Shown here piece by piece: positions 1-14,100 of a stretch of 64,000 nt of DNA; position 1 is the stretch's first letter, and each line of letters starts with the position of its first letter. The translations under genes and the position numbers were made by a program. Below the pieces are notes generated by a model. It was not told the DNA's origin. It searched no databases and was given only the letters and a program-made list of their open reading frames with translations. The stretch spans positions 62,001-126,000 of the forward strand of contig JAQGDQ010000566.1 in the NCBI GenBank assembly GCA_030141605.1. Direction: 5' to 3'. This stretch comes from Tubiluchus corallicola. Lineage: Eukaryota > Animalia > Priapulida.

Positions 1-26
1 ATGTGTGTTTTTATATTTAATGATTC

Positions 27-277
27 GGCTAAAGTTTATAATTCCCCACACACAAGAAATAAGTTCGTGAAGCAGATTAGGGTTAGGGATAGGTTTAGTG
101 TTAGCGTTGGTTTAGGGTTAGGATTAGGGTTAGGGATAGGATTAGTGTTAGGGTTGGGATTAGGGTTAGGGTTAGATTTGGGGTAGGGTTGGTTTAGGGT
201 TTGGATTAGGATTAGAGTTAGAGATAGGGTTTATGGTTGGTGTATTTAAATTGTGTGAGGAATTGTAAACCCCTTTC
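27..277. mobile_element. Small non-autonomous element carrying a degenerate (TTAGGG)n core, with subterminal inverted repeats and an 8-bp target-site duplication
   Basis: GTTTATAATTCCCCACACA (34-52) is an imperfect inverted repeat of TGTGTGAGGAATTGTAAAC (252-270). AATGATTC flanks both sides (19-26 and 278-285), 7 nt outside each inverted repeat. The core at about 77-232 consists of TTAGGG variants. Confidence 0.7.
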
Positions 278-377
278 AATGATTCCTCCTTCATAGGGTT
301 ACAAAAAGGTTTAAAAATTTATCAGCCTAGTTATGTCCAGTGTTATTTCTGTTATAGCCGTAGTTACTCTTCATGTA

Positions 378-1074
378 CAGTAAGTCCTCGCTTAACAACC
401 CTAATGCGTTCCAGCAAAATGCGACGTTAAGCGAAACGTCGTTAAACGAAGCCAAGACTTCCATAGAGAATAATGTAAAAGAATGGAGATATGTTCCAGA
501 GGCAAAAATCCATACTGTTTATTAAATGATATAAGTTAAACATTCTATGAGTTTTATTCATATTTCTACTGATTGATTTCTTCCTCTTTGCCTGAAACCA
601 CGTAGATATTTTACTTACCAATACCTAGGTATAGTGGTTACTCTTTCGTTAACTTTTAAGCCTAGTCAGCAGTTGAACAATAAACACTGCAGAGTCAAGC
701 CCTGGTGCGACCCTGGGAATTTTACTTACCTACTTAGTCTTCTGGTTACTACAGCAACAGGTTGCAGTCAAAATTGCTCGCTGGTCACTTGATACACAAA
801 CCACTAGTAATACAGTAGTAGCATCAGTAGTCAGTCGGGAAGCAAAAACATGTATAATAATTGCACTGTTTACATTACTTGTGCATTTTTAGAACAAAAT
901 AATGCAATAGGTGCTGTTTTAATGCATCAAATTAGGTAAAAATTTTGTTAATCAAATGAAAATTTGCCTTGAGCAAAGTAAAAAATCGTTGTTAAGTGAA
1001 AAAAGGTGTCAAATGATCGGCGTCATTGAAACGAAACGTCGTTAAACGGGGAGTCGTTAAGCGAGGATTTACTG
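378..1074. mobile_element. Tigger/pogo-type (Tc1/mariner superfamily) MITE
   Basis: TA|CAGTAAGTCCTCGCTTAAC ... GTTAAGCGAGGATTTACTG|TA terminal inverted repeats with a TA duplication. Internal CGAAACGTCGTTAAACG motifs occur near both ends. No ORF. Confidence 0.85.
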
Positions 1075-1315
1075 TAGTAATCATTGATTATAGTTATTTA
1101 GCTGTAGGTGTTTAGTTGCTGTAGAGATACCCATAACACAGAGAATTACACATTTGCAATTTTGAGGAGCAATTTAGAAATTTTTATAAAAATTCTTGGT
1201 TTTGTCATATACTGCCATACTGTATTTTATACATAAATAGCAAATAGACTAGGACTCCTCAGGGAATATAAAAACAGACAGCTACATTATTCCAACTTTG
1301 TTCATCTTTTTTCAG

Positions 1316-4300
1316 TGAAGAAGAAGTCGACGTGTATTTGATAGATGAGGGATATACTGAAAAAGCTTCACTGAGTGACTGTATTGATGACCTTCCATAT
1401 GAGTTCACCTTGCAGGAGTGTGCTCCCCAAGCTTTTGACTGTGGCTTAGCAGATGTACAGTCTTGTGGTCAATTGGTAAGATATTGCACAAACTATTAAA
1501 TGAATCTTACTCATTACGACTAGGCTAGTTAACAGTATAAACTAGCTGATTACTTGAAGAAAAGAAGCAACAACAGACTGTAGCAAAAGTCTTTTTCTGA
1601 CTAATGTAACAAAATTTAACTTCTGCCATACTGAACAAAACTTAGAGTATCAAAACATTGTGAAAACACAAATGATCTATTTGCAGCTGGTCTTCATAAG
1701 GTAAAGCAACAAAAAGTTAAAGTAAGATGATAGCATATGGAAAGCTCAAAGATGTTAGTATATATATATATATATATATATCATATCTTCTTCTTCTCAG
1801 CTTTTCCCTATGCGGGGTCGCCGTTGTGAATAAGTTTTCTCCATGCATTCCTGTTGTTGACCATCTCTTCATTTATGTTCTTCTCTCTAAGGTCTCCGCT
1901 TATGCATTCAAACCATCTCAGCTTGGGTCGTCCTCTTTTTCTGTTTCCCAGTTATATATATATCATATATATATATATGTATTGACACACTGAGAGCCAA
2001 AATCCAGCATTTACGACATTGCCCTTGTGAAGCAGATTAATTTCCAGGCCCGAAAAGTTTGATATTTAGTAAATAATTTAACTGTAAAGCAAATTTAAAA
2101 TTAATTTTAAATTAAATTTTATTTTAATTTTAATTTTTTAAGTTTCAGTAATGTGTTTTTAAACGTCGAAATTTAGAGCAAAGACGTTACACATGTATTT
2201 TCACTGACTAACTGTGCAATTACACAGACATTCATCACACAGTGGTCTAGCTCACCTTCTTTTCTTAATTACCAAGTGTCTCTGTACAACTTTGAGCTCC
2301 TGTGAACGATGTCTGTTTGCTTTTTTGTGCACTTGCATCGCAGTGTGCAGCTGATGTATGGAGTCAGTTTGGTTCATTTTGACACAGACCAAGTGATTTT
2401 TGAAAGTTGCATGAATGCACTTGATTTGAGCTCCTGTAAAAGCTGTTTGCTTTTTGCTGCATGTTTTCCATTAACGCTTTTCAGAGTTCTCGATAAATTT
2501 TGTAGTTTTCATATTAATATGAACGATCTTCAAAGCACAACTGATTTGCCAAATATTCAGACAATATACCATCTCATTCTTATTGAAAACCAGCATAAAA
2601 TTATCATTGTGGTGGAAGTGTGCTATTTTTGAAGTTAACACAAACCACATCTCTGGGTATGTCGATCAAAAACTACTAAAACAATCAAATGAGTGGCATA
2701 TATTCTAAGAATGAATAAAATTTAAAAGAAAATTTTTTACAATGGAGTTTGGCTCATTGCTGTTATTCAGTTTAATCCCACTGCTTGTATCTGTTTTGTT
2801 TTTGCTACTGCTATAATGTTAGCTTTTCTGTTTGGTAAGCTTATGAAGGTGCCAGTAATTTTATTGGTTGCCCTGCAAAGAGGTTGAATTTCATGTGACA
2901 AATCACAGGAGACAGCTCTTGATGAAAAGATTTTTTTGTTTTCTGTTCATGCTATACGTCCTATTCTAAGTGCAGCAGCTGGTATGTCCTTTATGTTATG
3001 CATTTTGATGCATTGTATCCTATTTTTGATTAGTTTTACTTACTATTGTAACTCTGGCAGGTTGACGTTTGGGACGATGTAGCAGTTAGTACATTCAAAC
3101 AACTTGTCCTAAAGAGAATCTTGTATGGGAAAATAGAATCACAAAAGCAAGGAGTGAAGAACTTGACTTTGTCTTTCACGTAAGAAATATTAAGATATGT
3201 CAATAAAAAATACAGATTTTGACAGACAATTTTTGCACCTGTTAGTCCAGAAGACTATGCTTTAGGTCTGTGGTGAATGACATTACAGCTCAAATTTAAA
3301 AGTTTCCAAAAAGTTTGGACTTAATGTTTTAAGTCAACTTGATTCATCACCAGAATTTCTGAAAAATAAATTTAATTATGTAAAGTCCACAATGAAGTGC
3401 CTAAACTAGTGTTGAAGTCATTTAAAATAATTGCAAAATCGAAATTGCAAAATTATATTTATATATTTAGCAATTATTTTGGGCAGGTTTGCATTATTAT
3501 CATTTGTGTGAGTCGTCACTAGTAGTTGTTTAGGTCCTTTTTGGAGACTTCACATTCTTAAATTTATTTTTCAGAACTTCTGATGGTGAATCAAGGTGAT
3601 TCGACATGTTAAGTTCAGTAAATGTTATTATGTTGCAAACTTTGTTTATACATACCATATTTTAGATTTTAGTGAAAACTACAGCTCACGTAGATTTGTT
3701 ATTAGCTTTAATCTTTTGATGATTCATTTGCTAGTTGATACAAAAGATTTTAGAAAAAAATAAAGATGGCATGTATCTCATGCATCTGTTTTTCAGGTTT
3801 TTTCTTTGTTCTCAGGCTTTTCATCCACAAATAAAAAGGAAAAGCTTCTTTATCATTGTGTCGCCATTTTGGATTGCTTCTGACCTGCACTGATGGTGTG
3901 ACATGCATTTCAATACTTTCTCAACATATCTTTGTAATATTGATATTCTCTTGGTAAACCCCAATAGAAGCAGTAGTTTTAAATTACAATAATAGAAGTC
4001 ACAGAGGCCGCGCAAAAATTTAATAACATTGAAAATATTTGTATAGTTGTCAGAATCTGTTAAAGTATGTTATAATTAAAGCAAAACCGGACCCAATGTT
4101 AAATCGTAGGTCAAAACAATCTACTCTTTAAAATATTGAAAGGCAACATAACTGTTTTTTCAAAAATGACTTACATGAAAGAATTATTAGCACACACACA
4201 CAATTTCACGTTCGCGCCATTAGTTCTTCGCTGCTACATACATTTCCCATTCCCCAGTTAGACGGGTACTAGTGTCTGCATTTCGAAATGCATTGTGCGA

Positions 4301-5194
4301 AAAACAGCTGCTGTAGCTTTCAGTTCAGGTGTGTTAGTTTGTGACGAACTACACATGTTCGACAGCTCATGCTTGAACACAGCTGTAAATTTGAAATTTG
4401 AATTTTTATCTCAAAACTTAAAGAAAAACCTACTGATTACTCTACCTGCATCTTGGATTGTTAACTGATTAAGTGTGAAAGTGTGATTTGCAATGAGAGC
4501 TTCAAAAGGAAACTGCTAGACAAGTAATTAAATGTTTAGGTTCCAGAAATTCTTGGGTAACGAGGTTAATTGCAGTGGACGAGCTGATAACAGATTCAAA
4601 GCAAAACTGCTAGGCTAGCATATTAGCGCATGTTAAATGTACCTGCTTACAAACGAAACGATACTTAACGTGATTGTTTCTATTTATATTATAGTGCACA
4701 AAAGGGAAGAAAAGATGACATAAAAGTAGGAAAGGCTCTTTGGGCACATACAAATGTCTTATTTTAAGTATGTGAAGGAAAAATATTTGAGTCAATTACC
4801 GATAGTTTTTATGTACATTTGAATAGAAGCGGCCCGTACCAGGCATTTTTGAGTCTATTAACCGTGAGTCTATTAAGTGGCACCTACTGTATTATTTAAT
4901 TATCAGGAATACTTTTGCAGCAACAGTTGTGCTAAAATGTATACTTTTTATTGGACTTATAAATGGGCTGGTATTATGAATATCATCCTGTCTTCCTTTA
5001 TGTGCATTTTGATTATGTATTAATATTAGTTGCATGTCAATTGTTATAAAGTATTTTATTCATCCAATCTGTGACCTTTTCTCTTAATTCATTTTGCATT
5101 TAGAGAGGAAGCTTCTCAGTCGATAGCAAAGATTCTCGTTGAAAAGGGTCTTGCTATCACAACCAAATCAGAAATGCCAATATCTACACTGGTG
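1316..5194 (+). CDS. Exons encoding the C-terminal half of an extended Tudor (eTud/SN-like) domain
   Basis: EEEVDVYLIDEGYTEKASLSDCIDDLPYEFTLQECAPQAFDCGLADVQSCGQL|VDVWDDVAVSTFKQLVLKRILYGKIES...|SQSIAKILVEKGLA. This matches the eTud pattern VxFVDYGNxE..L..LP..F...PxQA..C.L..V.P....W...A...F..LV....L.A.V.....SI...LV..GLA. Confidence 0.9.
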
Positions 5195-8100
5195 GTAAAT
5201 ATATTGGTTTACCTTTTGTTAAACAGCATTAAAAATCTCATTACATATTCTTATAGACTATCTTTGTTATAAATTCTGAATGTTTTGCTAATTTTTTTTC
5301 TTTTTAACTTATTTAGATCCAAATTATATTCTAACTGAAACTGAATTCTCAAAAAGTTTGCCTATGTTCCTTCTGCCAGTAAAAATGTTATGTGATCTTT
5401 AGAATTCCCTTACATAGCAACTCATGATGTTTTGTTCAATTGAGGCGGGTTCTTAATGAATGTGTAAGCTTTTTTGGGTGTAAAGTGGTTTATTGGGATT
5501 TTATTTAGATCTAAGTGAAATGTGGCATTGAAATTTAACCATCTTAAGTGTGCACCCGAGTGTTTCTGTAGCCATGTTATACAATGACGTTAGAATAGCA
5601 TATGCACTGCTAGAAATAGCTGATCGCTACTGTTGCTTCTAGTATCCTAAAAAGTTACAGAAATGGTTAAAATGGGCAAAAAAATTTGCTGTGCCACTGA
5701 GGTTCACTTTAATTTCTTGCCTAAAAGTATCATGCTGTTGGTTAAATTTATGATGTACTGGACGTGAAATCCTTGTACATCATATCCCAAATATCCCAAA
5801 TATCTGCAGCTTTGCCATAAATGATTTGTTTAATAAAATTACTGTTAATGGAATTGTTAGAAAAATTGAAAAGCCGTATGATCACTGCATCGCATGTTTT
5901 AATCTTGCTGTGGTGTTGTAAGTCGAGTTATTTTTATGAATGTACAACTGTGTTCACTTGCAAAGAAATGTTGTAATAAACAAAACTTTTTTGAGAATGT
6001 AGTTTCAGTTAGAATATAAATCTATTTAAGTTAAATAGAAAAAAAGATTTACAAATGATAAGCTGTAACGTTTCAGCTGTTTGTCATGACACGTCCTTTA
6101 GCTGTTCTTTACTTACAGAAAGAACTTGGTTTAGAACCTACCTCACTTTCGTCTAGTCGACGTAGTTCTCGCAACTCAGCTTCTGAAAAAGATACCAGCA
6201 GAGAAGAGTTGGGAACAATGAAGTATTTTCCTAAGGAAGACAAAGTTTCTTTACTCACTTTAGCAACTGAGACGGGTGATAATGTAATTGCAGGTTCGTG
6301 TATGCACATAAATAGTGTTGTGAAAATTTCTTTGGCAAATATAGTCTTGCCTACTTATAAAACAGTTTGTCATAACTTAACTAGCTGTCCTGTTTACCAC
6401 CAGGCCAGACATGGTTTATTTACAAATCTCTGCACTCTTTTGTCAACTTTTAATATCATTAACTTACAGGCTTGCAACAAATGAACTTGTACATCTGTTC
6501 GCATGGGAACCATGCCCTAGATAATTCTGCAACCACTCAAATTTTTGTATTAGTGCAGTCTTTTTTCAAACACTAAGGGTATTTAAATAGTATTTACGTT
6601 GTTACTCTTGTTATATAGTAGTGTTCATATTTATTGCAACTTTTTTTGTGCATAGTGATCACTATTGCTCTGCATCTGTCTATCGTTTTGCTCCAACTAG
6701 GAGAGAACATATATCAGTTATAAAACTATCTGTTCAAACTTAGTTCGATGTTACGTCTTCAATAAAATTATGTTTACATTGAATATTCTTTGTGTGGGGG
6801 AAAACAACTGGTGATTTTTACCATCTTAAGTAAGTGAAATTCATCAATTTTTAATTTGTCATTCTGTGATTTTCTTATTATTTGTGTAATGAAAATGGAT
6901 ACGTGGTTTTATGTTGTGTTATACAGAAAGCCCTGGTGTAAAAATTCCTAACTTTAATTGGGATAGTCTTCCTCAAAACATTGGTCAGTTTGCGGATGCT
7001 GATGATATAAGTTGTTCATCTGAGGCCAGTGATGATGATACGACTTCCGCACAAGAAAGAGAAGGTACAATATTTTGGCATTTTTAATTTGGTATTGTTG
7101 GGTAATTAGCGCTTGATTGTTTGCTAAATAAACACCAATAAAAAGTTATCATAAAGTTTTGAGCATTTCATAAAATGTGATGCAAATTCGGTAGAAATTT
7201 GGTCTTTTTTGGGGGATTTTGTTATTCCTTCTGTTGCTTATTCCTATATAAAAATGATTAACTGCAAAACAATATTGTTTTACGGTGATAATCTTTTTTA
7301 AATATAATCAGAAAGTCCTCTAAATTACTTTAAGATTAGCAGATTTATGTTTACCTAAAAACTAATTCAGTTATTGTAAAATTGATTATAGTTTCGATTC
7401 ATTCAAGATTAAAACTGTCTTGATAGATGCCAAATGTTTACAGACTGTGTTGGATTGATGTAGCCATCTCTGTAGTCAGACATAACAATGACAAAGAAAT
7501 TGAAAAACAAAAAACAAAATAAGAAAAAAATGAAATTTGCTGGTGGAAATATTTCAGCCACCTGGAACCGTGCAGCTGAGAGCATTTAATTAGCAGTTTT
7601 AGGCCTTTGGTCATCCGGCATAATTGAACTTGCTATTTGCAAGTTTTTGTATGGTGCTTTACAAGATTCGTTTTGTATGTTCTGCACATGGAACCATCTG
7701 TAATAGTTTTTACATCATTTTAAATTGTTATAAGTACTGAGGTCTTTAGACCATGCATATTCGTAAAAATGGGATACTAATATTACTCTGGCAAATTGTA
7801 ATATTTACCAAAGCTTGTGTTATCACACTCCTTGTTTCAACTTTGACTACAAATAAATCCACGTAGTTGTTTAAGGTAACTCATTATCATCTGCAACTTT
7901 CTGCTCTGTGACCTTTCATTCACCTCACATCAACTGACAGGGTTATGTATCTCTTCTTCAATTTTTACAAAGCATTTTGCAAAATATATTTTTAGTAGTA
8001 AATACAATTGCTGTCGAATGAAGTAATATCTCAGCAACTTATGTGTACATGCATTAATACTAACTTTAACTTCAACTAAAGAAGGGGTCAGGAATTTGCT

Positions 8101-11100
8101 AAACTCTTTCAGGTGATGTTTAAGTTGTAATAGGAGTTTTAGTTTAAACCTTAAGACTTCTTTGCTATTCACAGAATAAAACTTAAATTTACAAGCAGTT
8201 GAAACTTTACTGATAATATAAATTCACATAATTTAGTGGATAAAACAAAAAATCTTATTCTTTTCTGTTAGAATATTGAAGCTTTTCTCATAGAGAGTTT
8301 TCAACTTGTGTTTTGTTCTGCGAATGATGAAGACCTTAAGTATCACTTCAAGCAGTTTGTCTATGGTTGGGTTCACGTTAGGTTTTGATTACTTTCACAT
8401 TATTCTAGCAGAGGAGTAGACATCATAATAATGTGATTATTGAATTGTTTTTGTCAAAGAATTGTTCTCTTTGCAGCCAATGACACTGATTAATATCTAG
8501 TTAATATCTATACAAACTCATAGTTAAAAATAATGGAAAAGGGTGCAGAAACTAAAAGTAAATTTTTTTGTCAGCACTTTAACATCTTAGCACTGCTAAA
8601 CTAGAAGTGATCATTACCAAGGCTAAATATTTGAATGTCGATATTAAGTTCTACTTTTTGAAGTCACTAGCACTTTTTTCTTCTGTGTTGGGATATTTGG
8701 CTTTGCTACACCATCGACCTTTATAGATGGCTACACTCATGTTACATAATTGTTATTTCTCTAGCTATAATTGCATTTGTTTTAATATTAATGAGAAATC
8801 AGTACTGTGTTTTGCACAGTGCTGGTAAGGATTTCATCTCGTAAACAACAAATTAAAGAAAAATGGCTTCGAAAAAACAAATTTTCTTTAATTTGTTGTT
8901 CATGATATTAACTATGGCAGAGCCATAAACTTAAGAAACTTTTCACTTTTCTACATTATTTAGTATATGAAAAACATGGAAACAATGTTACTACAATATG
9001 TGTTAGGGGACTTTTCATTTACATGTGTCACAAAAAAGGTCTTCATTGGGGCACCCCTTGGCACCTCATGAATTAAGTAAAATAGATAAAATGCCTATCA
9101 AAACTTTGACTCTTGGCAACTCTCGTAATTTTTCTTACAGGGAATAGTTTAAATCAATAAACCATGTGTGAGCATTTTTGCTGTATGTGATCACTCAAAG
9201 CTGCAACTCCCTAATTTTCATTCAAGGAAGGAAAAATTCATTTCAGCAAGATCACAGTCAGGCTTACCCTGCTAGTCCCTTTTGGAAAATTTGCATAATG
9301 ATAGTGATGCTATTTCTTTTTAGGAAATGATTGTCTTATCACCTTGTCTAGGGACACTTGGTCATCTGCAGATTGCTGTTATAATGCCTTATTACTATTT
9401 TATATATATTATTTATATTATATATTATGTGTGTATATGTGGTAGTCTTCAAGTATTAAATTATAAATTTGTTGTGTCTGTTTTAGCAAACAGAAAACTT
9501 GGATTTAAATATGTTCTTATGTATACGGTTGTTTTGGGATAAATAGAACTGAAGTAGTAATATTTAACTTCTTATCATGTACATAATTACTCTTATATAA
9601 AATAGTTTGAAAATGACTAAATTTTGATGCTGGAATAAAATTCTATATAGTAAGGTAGTCACAATGTTTTTTCAGCCGAAGAATTGAGGAATGAACTTTT
9701 TGGCACATCAGTTAGTCATTTTCAAGAATGGAGTAAGTGAAAGTTATATAAACCACAAAAATTGGACAAAAAACTTTGTGTGGACAGTTTTGGTAACACA
9801 TGACTTGCATTACTTGTGGCATGTAAAACAGCTAATAACAAGTCGGTTTCTTCGTCTGACAGAAAGCTTTATGTACCAACTGTTGGCAAATTAAAATGCG
9901 TTTTTTGCCTTTTTTCCAAATCTCAGTTTCCTTCATTCATACTTCTAATCATTTCTCAAATTCTTAGAAATCAATTGTAACTTATTGAGCCAGTAGACTG
10001 TAGTTTTCAATCTCCACCCCTTTCCACAAAATGCTAAGGACAAAAGCATAATTAATGGCTGCCAACCATTTTAGTTTTTTTGGGCTGGAATTTCATCATG
10101 TAATCAGTAGTTGAACTTCGCTTTTTTAGTATTAAATAATTTACTTATCAGTGTTACTAATTTCTTTTTACACTTTGTCACACTGTTAGCCAGAATCCAG
10201 CAGTGGTCAATTACATGGTACGCTCAGTGTGATGTTTGTAGAGCGACCGAAACTTAACTCATTATCAGTATCGTCTAGTCCAGAAGATAGGCCAATGAAC
10301 CAGCTGGGTGTTTTAGCTATGTTAAATTTTTTTATATCTCTTCCAACAAGGTACACAGCCACAATCAGTATGGCGTGTGAAACTGCCCAGAGAGATTATC
10401 AAACCCGTGCAGTCGCAAGCCATTCATGTGTAGACGTGACCACTCAGCCAAGCCGGAAAATATATAATCAATACCATATGATTTGCTTATAAGGAATGCA
10501 AGTTGTTACTGTTACCAGCATCTTCAGCTTTTTTCCCATTGTGACTATGTGTATGAGTTATAAGTTGATTTTAACATTTTTTGCACGATTAGAGTTTTTG
10601 TTCAACTTGTCACTAGGACAGTGCAATCGTACTTAGTCTTTGTTTAAATAATTATTTTTCAATTTACTTTTATAGCATTAATTTAGTCGCATCCAGTACA
10701 TCATTTAGTGCATTCTGTTGATAATTAGTCATTAGCGTTTTCTTTGCATGATAGTTTTAGTCTGTTCTACAAAGTTTTAACTTTCCTGTTGCCATGGTGA
10801 TGGGTTGATTTTTGTTAGCAATTCCACATTGCGCACATGTCCGCTGACTTTTCCTCAGTTTCGTATGCTTCTGACAGCTTCAAATGCATCTATTTTATGT
10901 AGCTTTGTATATCTGTCACTCTCAGTCTTATTTCAGAAAGTAACTGTAACAGAAGAAATCATTTATGATTCATTTTTCATGGATGGTTATAAACTCAATC
11001 ACAATCAGTAAACTCCCAGCCTTTAGTAAGTATCTTGGGCCGACATTAAAAATACTTCTGTTTCCATCTGTTCGCCCAGGCAATATTTTTTTATCGTGCA

Positions 11101-14100
11101 CCCGGCCAGGAATTTTATCATTTTTTTGTACGTTCATATACTTACTTGACACATTCATATAAAAGCGTGTTTTTTTAATCTAAAACATAAAAAAATTCAA
11201 TAATTATTATAAAGTCGTTCTTTCGGGGAATGCAACATGCGGCTATGTTTTTCCACGGCTAACTCTTGGCCATGGTTGCCGTTTTGTATGATGCTTATTG
11301 TAGTGGAGGCTAAAGTATTGAATTTTCTGCCAAATAGACGTATTATTAGCCGAGTAGTGTTACCACTTATACCATAATTATCAGAACATACACGTTCATG
11401 ATACAAAAAAGAGACTATACAATAATCGATACTTATTCGATAATATAGTAATAAGAAACTAAAAAACAAACCGTGAAAAAATGTGCATTGAAAAAATTTA
11501 AACATTCCTGCTAACCAGTGGAAATAACCAAACTTTGATTTCAACTGATTTTAAATATTCCACGATTCAACTTTAAACATTCACAAAGCTTTAAAAAGTT
11601 TTTTCCTCCCTTCTTACTGACATCTTTCGAGGTCATGAGGTAAGACAGAAACAAATTTTTTTGTGACCAGCCTTGCCTCGTTTTCCTAATAGTTGTTAAC
11701 TACTTATGATAATGATTGTTTACTTATGTATAGTAGCAATTTTTTGAGATACCAGTATACTTTTTGTAAAATATGAACTAATTACATTAATGGCAATAGT
11801 TTTAGAACTATTAATAGGGCTTACTCAAAATTTATTAACAGTAAGCACCATAATCTTTAGGTACTCTTTAGGCAGTTAGTATTACTTTCATAATATTATG
11901 TAGATAGGTGTATGAACATATGAAATTTAGTACTAATTAAAAAAACCATGGAAGCCTTTACACCAGATAAACATTTTAAAAAACTGAACTTTCCATATAT
12001 TGAAATACGGTGTATGGTACCATTAAATTTGTGAGACTTAGCAACACTGAAGTTGGCCACTTTCAAAAAGAGCAAAACAGGAGTGCGAAGGAAAACATTC
12101 AATGCTAACAAGTAATTCTACAGTGTGTTTTGTTGTGAAGTGATTAGTTCCTCAAATCCGCACCTGTATTGATATGCCTTTTGCCCATTCAAAGGAATTT
12201 TGTAAAGTAATAATTGTCAGATGATTGTAAGTCTAGTGCAGAGTGTGTTATATCAATCTCAAAACTAGTTAAAAAAGGTAAAAATAACCATTCTGCGGTG
12301 CTGGTGCAACTACTAAAGTCTCAAAATTAGTTAATGGTTGTCAGAGTTAATGAATTTCATCTCTTCATCAAGTTGCCTGATTTACTAACTTTCTTATTTT
12401 GCAAGTCTCTGTGTGGGTATTTGGGCACATCAGCTTTCTCTAATCAGCTTTATGTGTTGGGATTTTCTTTTATGCTTGACTTTACATAAGTATTTATTGT
12501 CTTTTCTGTCTAAATTTCACACAGCTCATCATTTTAACTAATATCTGATTTTGTGATGGTGCATAAATTTAAACATTTCAGAAAAGACGGACATGTTGCT
12601 GGACGGACACGTTCCGCAAGAATGGAACACGCGTCATGATCATTTGCGCCACGTACGCAGAGAGATAGATTCTCTTGGTGGTTCACGGAAAACGTACGAT
12701 TTACAATCAGGTGTGTGTGAACTTTGCTTTTACAAAGAAAAGTTACAGTGTATGACAGCCTGTTACCAGAGCGAAGGAAATAAATGGATGCAGAAAGAAA
12801 TGATTGGCAGTTCAGAAATTGAAATAATTGAGACGTCGGTGTAACCAAGTGATTTTTTGGTCAGTAAAACTGTAGCTGGCAGTATATTTGTGTTGTTTGT
12901 AAAACTAGTATGTAAGTTTGATCACATTTTTTAGGTCATGCTTTGTCTGTATGAACACTATCTATTTGGTTTAATTTGCTTATTGGTTTTAATATCTAAT
13001 TTAATTAACCGTTGCTAGTCATGCAGTCTGCACTATGATAATTATCACATTCAGGAAGCCTAAAGAACTCACAACCTCGGCATAAACATTATTTTGTAAA
13101 TCTGGTGATATGTTTTAACAAGCGTTCTGTATTTTGAATAATTTTATGTTACTATGTGAGAGGATTGATTTTCTTTGCAGAAACACAGCAGCGTGATCAC
13201 AGAAGACTTAGGCACAGGCACCCAGACACTGTAGCTTACCCTTTAGGCTACAAATTTAGCTTCACTCGAGGAAAGGATAATATCGAAGAGTCAAGAGTTG
13301 GTGGGCCTTATCAAGATAGAGATTCTTCCGTTAGGCAGAAAGATGTTATACCACTTGGTAGAGGCATGGTGCAACAAAAGTCAAGGCACCCAGGGTGTAG
13401 GTGTGTCCTAATGCCATCATTACTTTATCATGTAGTAACTTTTTAAATCTTGTGATGACTTGGTTTTGTAAAAATGCAGGTGTCGCTAATTTGTCTAAGA
13501 AATGTAGAGGAATAATGTTTTCTACTTAATTCTCTGTAAAGGTTTTCTGTATGATGCCAAACAGAATAATTGGTTTTTGCAACTTAAATGATATGTACGC
13601 CTCGTTATAAATATCGAATACTGTAAGTCGAAAAACCATTGTGTAATTGACACTAAAACTCACGTTAAACTTCCAAAGTACATTGTGGTGTATTAGTTGC
13701 ATATTGGTTCTAATCGGGTTTCCTAGGAAAAAGGAGGTACTTCTTTCTGCTCCTTATTTGCCTATGATATTGCATTTGACTTCTGGAATAGGTTTTCTTT
13801 AGTGGTTGCATTTTGCCAGGTCACACAGGCTTTTTCTCGATAACCAACAGGTGCTTTAATTGTCAAAATAATAAAAGTTCTTTGTATATAAGCTGATGCT
13901 ATTCATATTATTAGTGGCTTCTTCTTCAGACTACTTTCTCAATTATGACATTTAGTGGTTTGATATTCTAATATTACAAGTCTTACAGAATCGCTTAAAC
14001 AAGCGGCACCTCAGCAATTTAATACAAAGACATAAAACAGGCTTGGACAACCAGTTCACTTGTTTAACATTTACTACATGGCAGTGATGTGAAATTTCTG

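Noticed and set aside
1-186. ORF with poly-(GL) run, or a true telomere
   Set aside because: The ORF is a translation of the TTAGGG-like tract. The tract is degenerate, short and flanked by ordinary intron DNA, so it is not a chromosome end.
8272-8365. Exon-like stretch NIEAFLIESFQLVFCSANDEDLKYHFKQFVY after a TTAG acceptor
   Set aside because: Open only in phase 0, but the flanking exons require phase 1, which hits TGA at once. The gene model is in frame without it.
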